64,000 bases of DNA from Candidatus Cloacimonadales bacterium (GTDB lineage: Bacteria > Cloacimonadota > Cloacimonadia > Cloacimonadales > DAONDQ01): the NCBI GenBank assembly GCA_963662275.1, contig OY759316.1, forward strand, positions 3,168,001 to 3,232,000, given 5' to 3'. The notes under the pieces were generated by a model. It searched no databases. It had not been told where the DNA came from and saw only the letters and a list, made by a program, of their open reading frames with translations. Numbering within the stretch: position 1 is the first letter of the stretch; each line of letters starts with the position of its first letter. Positions 54,328 through 64,000 of the stretch are shown here, one piece after another. Made by a program: the position numbers and the translations under genes.

Positions 54328-54909
54328 TTATTTATTGATGAGGGGTTTACCAAAAGGTAATACAACTCTGCCAGCCTGGTCATTAATGATATTCGCCAAC
54401 ATCATATACATGGCTGCCGCGGCACAGACAATTAACTCATAACCTGCAACAACATTCCATTTAGGATCACCGAAATGACCGATAACTAATAGCATGAAAC
54501 CAAGCAGAAGAAGGAAAATGGTTAGAGACATCGCAGTGTGTATTCTTAATGAAGCTAAAAACATCACAAAAGTATAGATCATCCAGGCAAAAAGGTACCA
54601 GCCAATATCAGTAGTACTTGCCTTATATACTTCGAAGTGATTCAGTAGAAATATTATTCCCAATCCAATCCAGAAACTGCCGTAAGATACAAAAGCACTG
54701 TATCCGAAATTATTGCCCATCTTCTGTTCCTGAAAACCAGCTATCATTTGCGCCAAGCCACCGTAGATCAAACCAACAGCAAGGACAGGACCAATTCCGC
54801 ATAAACCGATGTTATGAAACTGTAAAATCAGAGTTGTCAGGGAGAAACCTGCAAGACCAACGACTGCAGGATTGGCGTATTTTCTTTCTTCCACGTTGAG
54901 CTCCTTCAT
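54328..54909 (-). CDS. satP: Acetate uptake transporter, GPR1/FUN34/YaaH (SatP) family
   Basis: ANPAVVGLAGF, YGGLAQ, NNFG..AF.SYG.FW. Confidence 0.88.
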   Translation of the reverse strand: MKELNVEERKYANPAVVGLAGFSLTTLILQFHNIGLCGIGPVLAVGLIYGGLAQMIAGFQEQKMGNNFGYSAFVSYGSFWIGLGIIFLLNHFEVYKASTTDIGWYLFAWMIYTFVMFLASLRIHTAMSLTIFLLLLGFMLLVIGHFGDPKWNVVAGYELIVCAAAAMYMMLANIINDQAGRVVLPFGKPLINK

Positions 54910-54917
54910 TATTTTTT

Positions 54918-55631
54918 TTAGCGACTATTGATCAGCATTTTCATCGTACGAACGGATTCAGCGAGACCACTGAAAACAGCACGTGAAATGATACTGTGAC
55001 CTATATTGTATTCTTCGATTATCTGTAATTGAACCAATTGAACGATATTCTGATAATTAATTCCATGCCCGGCAATCACACGCATATTGGCTGCACGTAT
55101 GACTTTGCAAGCTTTTTCAATGCGTTTCAGTTCTTCAGCAACTTCCTTTGCATTCTTCGCATTCGCATACCTGCCTGTATGAATTTCAACTGCATTTGCT
55201 TTATAGCGATCTGCCAGCTTAATCATATCAAGATCAGGCTCAATAAATACAGATACTTCAATCCCAGCAGCTTGCAGGTCTGCAATTACGTCTTCAAATC
55301 GCCGAGAAGAAATATCCAACCCACCTTCAGTAGTAATTTCTTCACGTTTTTCCGGAACTAAAGTAACAATATGAGGTATAAGATTTTTGGCGATTGTCAC
55401 CATTTCCGGTGTTGCTGCCATTTCCAGGTTCAAGCGAGTCTGAATAGTATCTTTCAGTATTTTGATATCTCTATATTGGATATGCCGACGGTCTTCTCGA
55501 AGATGAACTGTGATTTGGTCTGCCCCATTCTGCTCTGCAATGAATGCTGCATAAACAGGATCAGGCTCTATTCCTAATCTTGCCTGTCTAATTGTAGCTA
55601 TGTGATCTATATTGATACCCAATTCAGCCAT
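54918..55631 (-). CDS. pdxJ: Pyridoxine 5'-phosphate synthase
   Basis: LGINIDHIATIRQAR, HLREDRRHI, NLEMA, LVPEKREEITTEGGLD, AGHG, NIGHSI; GGAGG RBS before 55631. Confidence 0.97.
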   Translation of the reverse strand: MAELGINIDHIATIRQARLGIEPDPVYAAFIAEQNGADQITVHLREDRRHIQYRDIKILKDTIQTRLNLEMAATPEMVTIAKNLIPHIVTLVPEKREEITTEGGLDISSRRFEDVIADLQAAGIEVSVFIEPDLDMIKLADRYKANAVEIHTGRYANAKNAKEVAEELKRIEKACKVIRAANMRVIAGHGINYQNIVQLVQLQIIEEYNIGHSIISRAVFSGLAESVRTMKMLINSR

Positions 55632-55653
55632 ATTGACTCCTCCATAAAAACTA

Positions 55654-55676
55654 ACAGCCGTCCAGGGAACGGCTGT
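55654..55676 (-). terminator. Hairpin/terminator after the tRNA
   Basis: acagccgt-N7-acggctgt followed on the minus strand by tagttttt. Confidence 0.65.
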
Positions 55677-55682
55677 CAATTA

Positions 55683-55770
55683 TGGTGCAGAAAGCGGGAC
55701 TTGAACCCGCACGCCCTTAACAGGCACAAGATCCTTAGTCTTGCGTGTCTGCCAATTCCACCACTTCTGC
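55683..55770 (-). tRNA. tRNA-Leu (anticodon AAG)
   Basis: Minus strand GCAGAAG..GGAATTGGCAGAC..CAAGA-CTAAGGA-TCTTG..long variable arm..GGTTCAAGTCC..TTTCTGC-A-CCA; A73 discriminator. Confidence 0.95.
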
Positions 55771-55778
55771 GCGAAAGT

Positions 55779-56099
55779 TTATTTCTTAACTGGAGCAGGT
55801 TTAGTAGTCTGCTTCAGTTCCTTGAATAGCTTGCTTTTTTGTTGATTGCTACTATTTCCGGTTAAATTCGAATGCTTCACTGTCAGAGCCAATATGATGC
55901 AGGAGCATAGAAATGCAGCACCAAAGATCTGAGTCCATTTTTTTAAAGCAGCGGAACCACCTGAACCACCCAGAACATTCTGAGCTGCTCCGCCAAGGTT
56001 GCTATCCAGTCCGCCTTTTGAGCTTTGTGACAAGATAATAAGTATAAGAATCACTGCGATCGCTACGTGTATCAAGAGTAATGTATAAAACAGTAACAT
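55779..56099 (-). CDS. secG: Preprotein translocase subunit SecG
   Basis: Two TM segments, ILSQSSKGGL..GG motif; tRNA-Leu immediately downstream. Confidence 0.9.
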   Translation of the reverse strand: MLLFYTLLLIHVAIAVILILIILSQSSKGGLDSNLGGAAQNVLGGSGGSAALKKWTQIFGAAFLCSCIILALTVKHSNLTGNSSNQQKSKLFKELKQTTKPAPVKK

Positions 56100-56295
56100 T
56101 GCTTCTCCAACGTTATTTATTGTGCTTTTTTATTTGGTGCCTGCATATTGTCAATGAAAATTCAGATTTGTATATAAATCGTAAGATACAAGGTCAACAT
56201 TTCCCCTGCTGGCAGTTCAATTGCCAGTAGGAGTGATAGACAATAGACTTCAACTCAAGACTAATCTATATAACAAGTTACGTTTGGAAAAAAAC

Positions 56296-56323
56296 AAAGC
56301 CTGTGGTTTCAATCACAGGCTTT
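56296..56323 (-). terminator. Intrinsic terminator
   Basis: aaagcctgtg-N8-cacaggcttt with A/T flanks, downstream of the large secreted-protein gene. Confidence 0.7.
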
Positions 56324-56413
56324 TGTTTCGTGTTCTATTTCTTCGTTATCCGCGAAATCACTTCAGACGAAATATTAATTTGGACAGACGCATGATCTAT
56401 CCATTTAAAACAC

Positions 56414-59400
56414 TTATTTCAACATCAGCATTTTCTTCGTCAGGCATTTATCATTGGCGTTTAGACGATAATAATAAACACCACTGGCACAGGATTTTCC
56501 TCCATCGTCCTTCCCATCCCAAACGATACTATGTGTTCCCATAACCTGTTCCGTGTTGACGAGGTTTTTAACCACTTGCCCTTTGATATTAAATATGGAA
56601 AGAGTTACTTTTCCATCTTTAGGCATTTGATAGGATATCGTTGTATTGGGATTGAATGGATTAGGGTAATTTTGTGCAAGTAAGGTTTCAGTGATAATTG
56701 GTAGGATGCTATTTACATCTGATATTGTAATATAGTAGTATGGAGTGTTACCTTTTGTAGATGCCAGAGATTTATCATTTAAAGTATAAGTCTTCCTATT
56801 ATCAAACGCTGATTTAGTATTATAGTAGAATACTAAATGTGAATTTTCAGGTGTGATAACTTCTTCTGCATCCAGATAGGCACAGATTTGTACCAGGCTA
56901 TCAATAACAACACTTGCACCTTTACATACATCATTTACATAGAGACCAATTTCTGAAGGCTTCAAACCATTATTGGTAGTATTCAACTGAATATAAAGAG
57001 GAGTATAATCATCTTTTTCAGTAAATACAAAATTCTGAGGAATTGCTACTTTTTTCGGATCAACTGGCTGATCATTATTCCATGAAAAACTACAATTATG
57101 ATCAGCTTTAAGAATAACCATATCCTCATAATTAAGAACTGGTCTTCCACCAATATTACAAATCCAATTTCCATGAACATCTTTATCCAGGCACCAGTAT
57201 TGTGCCTTAATCTGTACCAGACGATCTGTAATTGCAGAAAGGGCAACTAAAGGATCAACACTCTCATGGCAGAAGTATCCAACCCAATTTTCTTCAAAAT
57301 TTCCTTCCAAATTTATTACGGTATGAGGACTCTGTATATAACCGGATGTAGGATTATAAACCGATCTTGATGGGGCAGTTAGAAATATTTTGTATCCTTG
57401 CATGCTATTGACGATCTCATTCCCATTGACTAGTGTTTCACCACTCCAGTATATGGATCGTTCTCTTTCAAACATGGGTTTATAGGATATCCGATCAAGC
57501 AATGCTTGATTTTTTACAATAGGACCAAAGAATTTACCATTAACTGTGTAGGAAGAAGTAATCCTATCCAGTACAGGGAAACTCATCCATTTGATCCCCC
57601 TGCCATCACCACCACTCACAAAGTCATAATTTTCATAATCATGAGTTATCGCTAACCTGCCACCGATGTCTGATGGTGATCCATCATCATCAAATATCGT
57701 TTGATCACCCTTATCTATACAAATCGATTTGATCGTTGTATTCCAGATAGGATCATATGTTGCTGATAAATTAGGATTCGAAGTGCTGTTTGTTGTTGGC
57801 AAAACATAATTTGTATTCTCGTCATTCATTAGCTTCGTGTTATACAATATATTGTAAGTGAATGTTGCAGGAGCATACATACTATATGCTACACGACCAC
57901 CATTTAGTAAGGCATTGCTAAATACGTTATTTTTAACAGTTACTCCCTGGTTAGTATATCGGAAAATACGAATAGCCCATTTTGCTAAATTGTTAAAAAT
58001 CGTATTATTCTGATACAACATAGGAGCAATTCCAGTTCCCTGAGAACAGGATTGTAAAAACACCGAAGGATCCGTATTCGTTCCATTTGGAGTGTAATTA
58101 TTGACGAATAAATTCCATTTTATGCTAATCTGCTTTGCATCAAATACTTTCAATGCATTTCCATCACCACCATAATTATCAGTCAGATTATTGTGACTGA
58201 ACGTAATATTTCCTGCTCCAGTTATCCCAACTGCACCAGAATACTTACCATTATTACTTGAGAATGTGTTATTATCCACCAAGATTTCACTTGATGTTTC
58301 ATTTTTGAGGAATAAAGCTCCATAACCACTATGATCAATTGGATGTAAACCCCACAAAACATTATTTGTGAAAGTTGAATATGTTACTGATCCTGCGCCT
58401 TCAAATTGAATACCTGCCCCATAAATTCCATCCTGTGCTGGATTTCCTCCCAAATTGTAAAAAGAACAGGTTACGATATTTAAAATAATTCTTGGAATTG
58501 TAGTTCCATCATCCAGCGAACAAGTAAATCTTATACCCTGCATGGCACTCGTAAATTTTAGATTCGAAAATATGTATGTGGAAGTCAGCGATGGTAATCC
58601 TTCATAATTGGGGAATGGATTCATAGAAATACAACTTCCAGCATTATCACCATCGATAATCACGTTAGTACCGTTACCTGTAATCGTAAATGAAGGAACA
58701 AAATAATTATCGTTTTCTGTTAGGAAATCAAGATTCAATGACTCTGTATAAGTACCATTCCCAACATAGATTTTTATTGGGCTATGATCATACAATCCAC
58801 TATCAATCAAACTATGAAGATATTCCAAGGCTGCGTTTATCGTTTCAAAACTACCTGTTGAATTAGCTGCAACTATGATTGCATTGTAATTAAACGGGAA
58901 GAGAGTAACTTGTACACCCGTAATTGAATTTGCAACACTTGTAGCTTCATTATAGTCTATATGGACATTCTTGAAGGTTGGCATGCAACCGGATTTCTCG
59001 AAGACTAGTCTGACATCTGCGTCTTGAAGTAGAGTATAAGGAACACTAAATGTTCCATCCGAATTTACATGATTAAAATCTAAGCTAGTAGGCAAGAGAA
59101 TACCGTTCACATAAGCTGAAATAGAAATATTGCTATAATTTGAAGCATGGACATTACCGGATATATAGCATATGGCACGATTATCTACTTTGAATGACCA
59201 ATCAAGAGCACGTTTAAATACATTATGAGTATTATTCTCTGAATAATCAGTATCTAGACAATGAGTCCATCCCCATTCGGGATCAGAGTATGATTGCTTT
59301 AACATGACTTGATCGAAATAGGAATGATCTGTAAGATAATCTTCAGATGTAACTCCCTGAGGAATCTGAATATTCGTATAGTTACTAAAATCCAATTGAT

Positions 59401-60910
59401 TATCAACAACATTCGGATTAGATTTACTCGTTGGTTTTAAATATAATGCTGATCGAGTTGGTGATATAATGGGATCGTAATCGAAGGGAATAATATCGTC
59501 ACTATTGAATCCCGTTGTTGACCCAGGTTGCGTATCATAATCCTCGGAGCCAACATCAAATTCGAAAAGCCCTGGGAAAAAGTAAAATACTAAAAAGCCT
59601 CCGTTGATATTACCAGATCTTGTGAGGCTGCCATTTGAAACAGCAAGACATTTAATGTCATTTTGCTTATATGGGAAACCAGGTCTCAAATTCAAAGGAT
59701 CAGAATTTAATGGAACTGTAGGTGTATCTATATGATCCTCTTCGTTTATTTCAGAAAATAATTTATTCGATTCGTATGTCCCATCAATATACGCTTGATT
59801 CAATTCAGAAGCTCCGGCATATTTATTGGTACGTATGAGTTGCTTTGAGGAAAATGAATTTATTCCTTGCTTTACGATACCGGTCGCTTTCAATAATTGA
59901 TTAGCGAGGGTACCATGATGTTCAAAAGCAGCCCATCCTGCCAAATTTAACGTATGATTAATATCGTCATTCTTCTGTTGAAGTTTTGCATTGAGTAATG
60001 AACCACGCTGAGGACTATCTATTGCAATATATTGTGAACAATAGTGAAGGAGATTATGCTCTTCAGCGAAAGCTAAGGCATATCTTGAGACTATACCACC
60101 CAAAGAAAATCCAGCAACTACTGTTCCTTCCGTTTTATGACCTGCATACGTGGAATGAACGTATTGCATCGCCATAAGGGTTGACATCGCATTTTGACGT
60201 ACGTCTCTTCGGCAATCTCTAAACATGAGAAGATAAATATCTTTCCCACTTAAATCCATATTCAGATGAGTCAGATGTTCTTCCCAATACGTAAATCGGC
60301 TTTTACTATTGACTGGGTCATCTCCATCAACAAAAAGCACTGGTTGGTTTATACCATTGAGAGTGAAATTATTCTGGAGATGATATAATTCATCACCATT
60401 TGGATTCTGATATACCGTATTTGTCGGAACGATTGAAAATTGCATCTTTTCTGATGCTGGAAAATCCCAAGCATCAGCGATTTCATCACCAAGTATATTA
60501 TTAACAGAAAACTCAAAATAATGCAAACCAAAACTTAGGTCCTGAATTGTATATACATTATGCAGATAAGCTCCTGCCAAGTTAAATATGAGATTGTGAG
60601 TTTCTCCTCCATCGATCTTCAGTTTGATGAGATAATTTCCATTGGCTAATCCAGAAGGTTTACCGATCTTAAAATCAACATCAACAGTCGATGTTATCGG
60701 AAGGCTAGAATTTACATAATGATTGTAATTACAGATCCCTAGGCAATCGGTTCCATCCAAATTCACTCCCAAAAAGTCATAATTAACTATACTGAATGTA
60801 CCGAGAGGCTCGGGAGGATAAACGACATCAACACCATTGGGACTAATATAAGTTTCCGCAAATAAGGTAGAAAAAAAGATTAGGCAAAAGAGAAGGAAAA
60901 TGTGTCTCAT
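56414..60910 (-). CDS. Large secreted multidomain protein: alpha/beta-hydrolase-like, beta-helix and T9SS-like/FlgD-Ig tail
   Basis: Signal peptide; GFSLGGIVSRYAL nucleophile elbow, IDSPQRG; Asn-rich F..N repeats; LAQNYPNPFNP..KKMLMLK. Confidence 0.82.
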   Translation of the reverse strand: MRHIFLLFCLIFFSTLFAETYISPNGVDVVYPPEPLGTFSIVNYDFLGVNLDGTDCLGICNYNHYVNSSLPITSTVDVDFKIGKPSGLANGNYLIKLKIDGGETHNLIFNLAGAYLHNVYTIQDLSFGLHYFEFSVNNILGDEIADAWDFPASEKMQFSIVPTNTVYQNPNGDELYHLQNNFTLNGINQPVLFVDGDDPVNSKSRFTYWEEHLTHLNMDLSGKDIYLLMFRDCRRDVRQNAMSTLMAMQYVHSTYAGHKTEGTVVAGFSLGGIVSRYALAFAEEHNLLHYCSQYIAIDSPQRGSLLNAKLQQKNDDINHTLNLAGWAAFEHHGTLANQLLKATGIVKQGINSFSSKQLIRTNKYAGASELNQAYIDGTYESNKLFSEINEEDHIDTPTVPLNSDPLNLRPGFPYKQNDIKCLAVSNGSLTRSGNINGGFLVFYFFPGLFEFDVGSEDYDTQPGSTTGFNSDDIIPFDYDPIISPTRSALYLKPTSKSNPNVVDNQLDFSNYTNIQIPQGVTSEDYLTDHSYFDQVMLKQSYSDPEWGWTHCLDTDYSENNTHNVFKRALDWSFKVDNRAICYISGNVHASNYSNISISAYVNGILLPTSLDFNHVNSDGTFSVPYTLLQDADVRLVFEKSGCMPTFKNVHIDYNEATSVANSITGVQVTLFPFNYNAIIVAANSTGSFETINAALEYLHSLIDSGLYDHSPIKIYVGNGTYTESLNLDFLTENDNYFVPSFTITGNGTNVIIDGDNAGSCISMNPFPNYEGLPSLTSTYIFSNLKFTSAMQGIRFTCSLDDGTTIPRIILNIVTCSFYNLGGNPAQDGIYGAGIQFEGAGSVTYSTFTNNVLWGLHPIDHSGYGALFLKNETSSEILVDNNTFSSNNGKYSGAVGITGAGNITFSHNNLTDNYGGDGNALKVFDAKQISIKWNLFVNNYTPNGTNTDPSVFLQSCSQGTGIAPMLYQNNTIFNNLAKWAIRIFRYTNQGVTVKNNVFSNALLNGGRVAYSMYAPATFTYNILYNTKLMNDENTNYVLPTTNSTSNPNLSATYDPIWNTTIKSICIDKGDQTIFDDDGSPSDIGGRLAITHDYENYDFVSGGDGRGIKWMSFPVLDRITSSYTVNGKFFGPIVKNQALLDRISYKPMFERERSIYWSGETLVNGNEIVNSMQGYKIFLTAPSRSVYNPTSGYIQSPHTVINLEGNFEENWVGYFCHESVDPLVALSAITDRLVQIKAQYWCLDKDVHGNWICNIGGRPVLNYEDMVILKADHNCSFSWNNDQPVDPKKVAIPQNFVFTEKDDYTPLYIQLNTTNNGLKPSEIGLYVNDVCKGASVVIDSLVQICAYLDAEEVITPENSHLVFYYNTKSAFDNRKTYTLNDKSLASTKGNTPYYYITISDVNSILPIITETLLAQNYPNPFNPNTTISYQMPKDGKVTLSIFNIKGQVVKNLVNTEQVMGTHSIVWDGKDDGGKSCASGVYYYRLNANDKCLTKKMLMLK

Positions 60911-61285
60911 GTTTACTCCATTCATTACTCTAAAGTGAGAAATTTGTGATCATCAATACGAGGATCGGTTACTTTTGACGTTAAATTTTTGAACGCACTA
61001 ATCCCTATATGATATAAGTGGAATTATCGATGGTTGTTAGTGGACAGGATGAATTTAACTGATTGAATGATAATTAAATAAATTTATTGAATTGAGTTAT
61101 TTAACTTACGTTTATATTTAACATATAACTAAAGTGAATATTGAAATGAAGAGAAGTGAAGAGTAGAATTGAAAGACGAATAACAATAAAGTCGTTCAGT
61201 TCGAACGTCTGTCAATCAGTTTGTCAATCTACTGGGGTTTCTTGTTATTGTTAATTATTGGATATTACGATAACTTGTCCTTCAT

Positions 61286-62290
61286 TTATGGAGTCTCAAC
61301 TCCGACAGCTTTCCTTAACCTGGAAAGAGTTTGAGATGCTACTTCTCGAGCTTGTTCTGAACCTTTCTTTAACAAGCCATCAATGTAAACATGATCACTA
61401 ATGATTGCATCATATCTTTCCCGTAGAGGTTTCAGATGCTCATTCATCACTTCAAACAATTCCTGCTTTGCATGACCCCAACCCATTCCTCCAGCCAAGT
61501 AACGTTGTTGCAGAGCTTCAATCTGATCTGGTGTCCCAAACAATTTATAGAGGGAGAAGATACTGCTTTCCTCTGGGTCTTTGGCTTCTTCGAGAGTCTG
61601 GGAATTCGTCACGATCTTCATCAATGTCTTTCTCAATTCTTTTTCAGGAAGGAAGATTGGAATTGCGTTATTATAACTCTTACTCATTTTACGACCATCA
61701 AGACCAACTACGGTTGCAGTTTCTTTTGTCGCCAGCGGTGCTGGAATCTTCAGTAAAGGAGCCTGGTAGTTAAAATTGATACTCTCGGCAATATCCGAAG
61801 CCATTTCAAGATGCTGGAACTGATCTTTTCCGACAGGTACCACATCTGTATCAAAAAGAAGAATGTCTGCAGCCATGAGAACAGGATATGTGAACAGACC
61901 CATGTTTACATCTTCATCAATGTCTTTACCTGTTTCTTTATTTGACTGTACCATTGCTTTATAAGCATGAGCTCGATTCATCAAACCTTTCGGTGTAAAT
62001 GCCATGAGAATGATTGCCAATTCAAATGTCTCAGGAACAGCAGATTGCTTATAGAATAGCATAGTATTGGGATCAAGACCGCATGCTAACCAGGCTGCGG
62101 CTATTTCATAGATCATTTGACGCATAACTTCAGGATCGCGTACTTGGTTTAGGGCATGATAATCTGCGATAAAATACCTGGCTTCATATTCTTTAGCCAA
62201 TTCTATAGCAGGACGTATCGCACCGACATAATTTCCAATATGCGGAACACCTGTTGGTTTGATTCCGGTTAAAGCTATCTTTCGTGACAT
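61286..62290 (-). CDS. trpS: Tryptophan--tRNA ligase
   Basis: TGIKPTGVPHIGNY, YPVLMAADIL, VPVGKDQ, GRKMSKSY. Confidence 0.97.
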   Translation of the reverse strand: MSRKIALTGIKPTGVPHIGNYVGAIRPAIELAKEYEARYFIADYHALNQVRDPEVMRQMIYEIAAAWLACGLDPNTMLFYKQSAVPETFELAIILMAFTPKGLMNRAHAYKAMVQSNKETGKDIDEDVNMGLFTYPVLMAADILLFDTDVVPVGKDQFQHLEMASDIAESINFNYQAPLLKIPAPLATKETATVVGLDGRKMSKSYNNAIPIFLPEKELRKTLMKIVTNSQTLEEAKDPEESSIFSLYKLFGTPDQIEALQQRYLAGGMGWGHAKQELFEVMNEHLKPLRERYDAIISDHVYIDGLLKKGSEQAREVASQTLSRLRKAVGVETP

Positions 62291-62308
62291 TTATTCTCCC
62301 TTTGAAGA

Positions 62309-62717
62309 AGGTTCTAGGTTCTAGGTTCTAGGTGCTAGGTGTTAGGTGCTAGGTGCAGAGAAGAACTAAGGTTTGGAGTTCAAATTTCCAGCGAATCTAA
62401 TACGACTTCTCAAATAGAAGGAAATTCGGACTTTACATGAAAGCTAAGAGTTTGGAGTTCAATTTCCCAAGCAAAACTATCAATTACCACCTGGTTAAAA
62501 GGGAAATTGGACTTCAAACCGACATTTTCATCCTCGGTAGCGAAAATCCTTTTCAGGGAAGTTCAAACCATCTTTGGAAAAGAGAAGAGCAGAATCAAAC
62601 TCTCCCCTACCCCTCCCTTTATCCAAAGGGAGGGAGATAAGTCTCTATTTATCTTCTTCCTAGTACCTAACACCTAGCACCTAGTACCTAGCCACTAACA
62701 CCTAGCACCTAGCACCT
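62309..62717. repeat. Inverted 7-bp tandem arrays bracketing other repeats
   Basis: (TAGGTTC/TAGGTGC)n 62309-62356 and (CCTAGCA/CCTAGTA)n 62659-62717. Confidence 0.85.
62366..62569 (-). repeat. Modular intergenic repeat family, copy 4 (inverted; A-B-C-B-C)
   Basis: Reverse complement matches modules at 11842/19561/45529; aatttccc/gggaaatt stem at 62461/62501. Confidence 0.85.
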
Positions 62718-62741
62718 TCTGCAATTTTTTATTCTCTGCTG

Positions 62742-64000
62742 CTACTTCGTACTTCGCACTTCGAACTTCGCACTTCCTATGAGGTCATATTCCCAATGAT
62801 CGATGATCTCAAGTTTAACGATCTCACCTGGCTTGTATTTCCCTTTTGGAATGTATACTTTTCCGTCAATATCAGGGGCATCGAAATAGGTTCTTCCCAT
62901 CCATTGATATTCAGGTAATTCGCTTTTTCCGTCAATGATTACATCCAGTTTTTTACCAACAAATGAAGATAAGAATTCTGCTGAGATTTCTTGTTGAATC
63001 TGCATCAATTCATCTTTTCTTTTCTGCGCCATTTTCTTTGGGACAGGATGGGATTTCTTAGCAGCCGTTGTTCCTTCTTCTGAAGAATATGTGAAGATGC
63101 CTAATCTTCCGAATTTCTGTTCGCAAATGAACTGCTTCAATTCTTCAAAATGCTTCTCTGTCTCTCCGGGGAAACCTACTAACAGAGTGGTTCTCAGCAC
63201 TGCTCCTGGTATCTTTGTGCGAATCGTATCCAGCATATCAGTGATATTCTTTTTCGAATTACCACGATTCATACTTTTCAGAATTGTATCACTGATGTGC
63301 TGGATTGGTATTTCGAAGTACTTGCAAATCTTTGGTAAGCCGGCAATCGTATCAACCAACTGTTCCGTGATTCGATTCGGATGAAGATAGAGCAAGCGTA
63401 TCCATTGAATTCCCTCGATTTTATGCAGTTCTGTCAATAATCCGGGTAAACGTGATTCACCATACAGGTCTTCCCCATAGCGAGTGGTATCTTGGGCAGT
63501 CAGGATTAATTCTTTTACACCTTTATCAGCTAAAGATTGTGTTTCTTTCACTAATTGTTCAATTGATACACTCGTCAGACATCCGCGAATGGAAGGAATA
63601 GCACAATAACTGCACCAGTTATTGCAGCCATCGCTGATTCGAAGATAGGCATAATGACCAGGTGTCAGCAGCTTACGAGGAAAACCGCAATCAATGACTT
63701 CGGGAAAGAGGGTTTCAAAATTAGAGAAATCCTTCAGATCAATCCAATCATCCACTTCTGGAATCAACTTTTCGAGTTCTTCCCGATATCTCTTCACAAG
63801 ACAACCGGTCACAACAAGTCGTCTATTTTTGCCGTCATCTTTCCATGCTGCAGATTCAATGATTGTCTGTATCGCTTCTTCCCTCGCATCATTGATGAAA
63901 CCGCAGGTATTGATGATGATCATATCTGCCAGACTCTCGTCATCCGTATAGAAATAACCATGTGCTTCCGTGATACCGGCAAAAATCTCACTATCAATAA
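62742..64000 (-). CDS. rimO: Ribosomal protein S12 methylthiotransferase (5' end beyond window)
   Basis: INTCGFI..A.EE, YLRISDGCNNWCSYCAIP radical SAM motif, WIRLLYLHP, APDIDG TRAM; frame open to the window edge. Confidence 0.95.
   Translation of the reverse strand, partial: IDSEIFAGITEAHGYFYTDDESLADMIIINTCGFINDAREEAIQTIIESAAWKDDGKNRRLVVTGCLVKRYREELEKLIPEVDDWIDLKDFSNFETLFPEVIDCGFPRKLLTPGHYAYLRISDGCNNWCSYCAIPSIRGCLTSVSIEQLVKETQSLADKGVKELILTAQDTTRYGEDLYGESRLPGLLTELHKIEGIQWIRLLYLHPNRITEQLVDTIAGLPKICKYFEIPIQHISDTILKSMNRGNSKKNITDMLDTIRTKIPGAVLRTTLLVGFPGETEKHFEELKQFICEQKFGRLGIFTYSSEEGTTAAKKSHPVPKKMAQKRKDELMQIQQEISAEFLSSFVGKKLDVIIDGKSELPEYQWMGRTYFDAPDIDGKVYIPKGKYKPGEIVKLEIIDHWEYDLIGSAKFEVRSTK

Noticed and set aside
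62437..62640. ORF MKAKSLEF... as a real gene
   Set aside because: It lies in the modular repeat, and the same frame is broken by a stop or frameshift in other copies

Overview
Bacterial chromosomal segment, probably from an anaerobe of the Cloacimonadota/FCB type. This is inferred from several secreted proteins ending in NYPNPFNP/FlgD-Ig sorting tails, plus FGE-sulfatase and PEGA proteins and NfnAB. Core genes are gyrB-gyrA, rsmI, tldD-tldE, pdxJ, secG, trpS, a partial rimO and acpS. Mobile elements are a complete IS1182-family element, a complete Mutator/IS256-like IS (8-bp target duplication, inserted in a terminator, start codon out of frame) and a REP-associated tyrosine transposase (RAYT) flanked by an 18-copy tandem REP array and inverted REPs. 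Four items stand out. (1) An acetate-CoA-ligase-like enzyme, a DltC-like carrier protein and two Kbl-type alpha-oxoamine synthases converge on a Cys-rich-domain NfnAB/acpS unit, a candidate ACP-dependent acetyl/glycine pathway. (2) The secG-linked tRNA-Leu has the rare anticodon AAG. (3) A dispersed modular intergenic repeat family shows compensatory stem changes. (4) Many other hairpin, 7-bp, 11-bp and 21-bp repeat families are present. No CRISPR array, integron integrase or reverse transcriptase was seen. All calls come from motif reading by eye; no searches were run.
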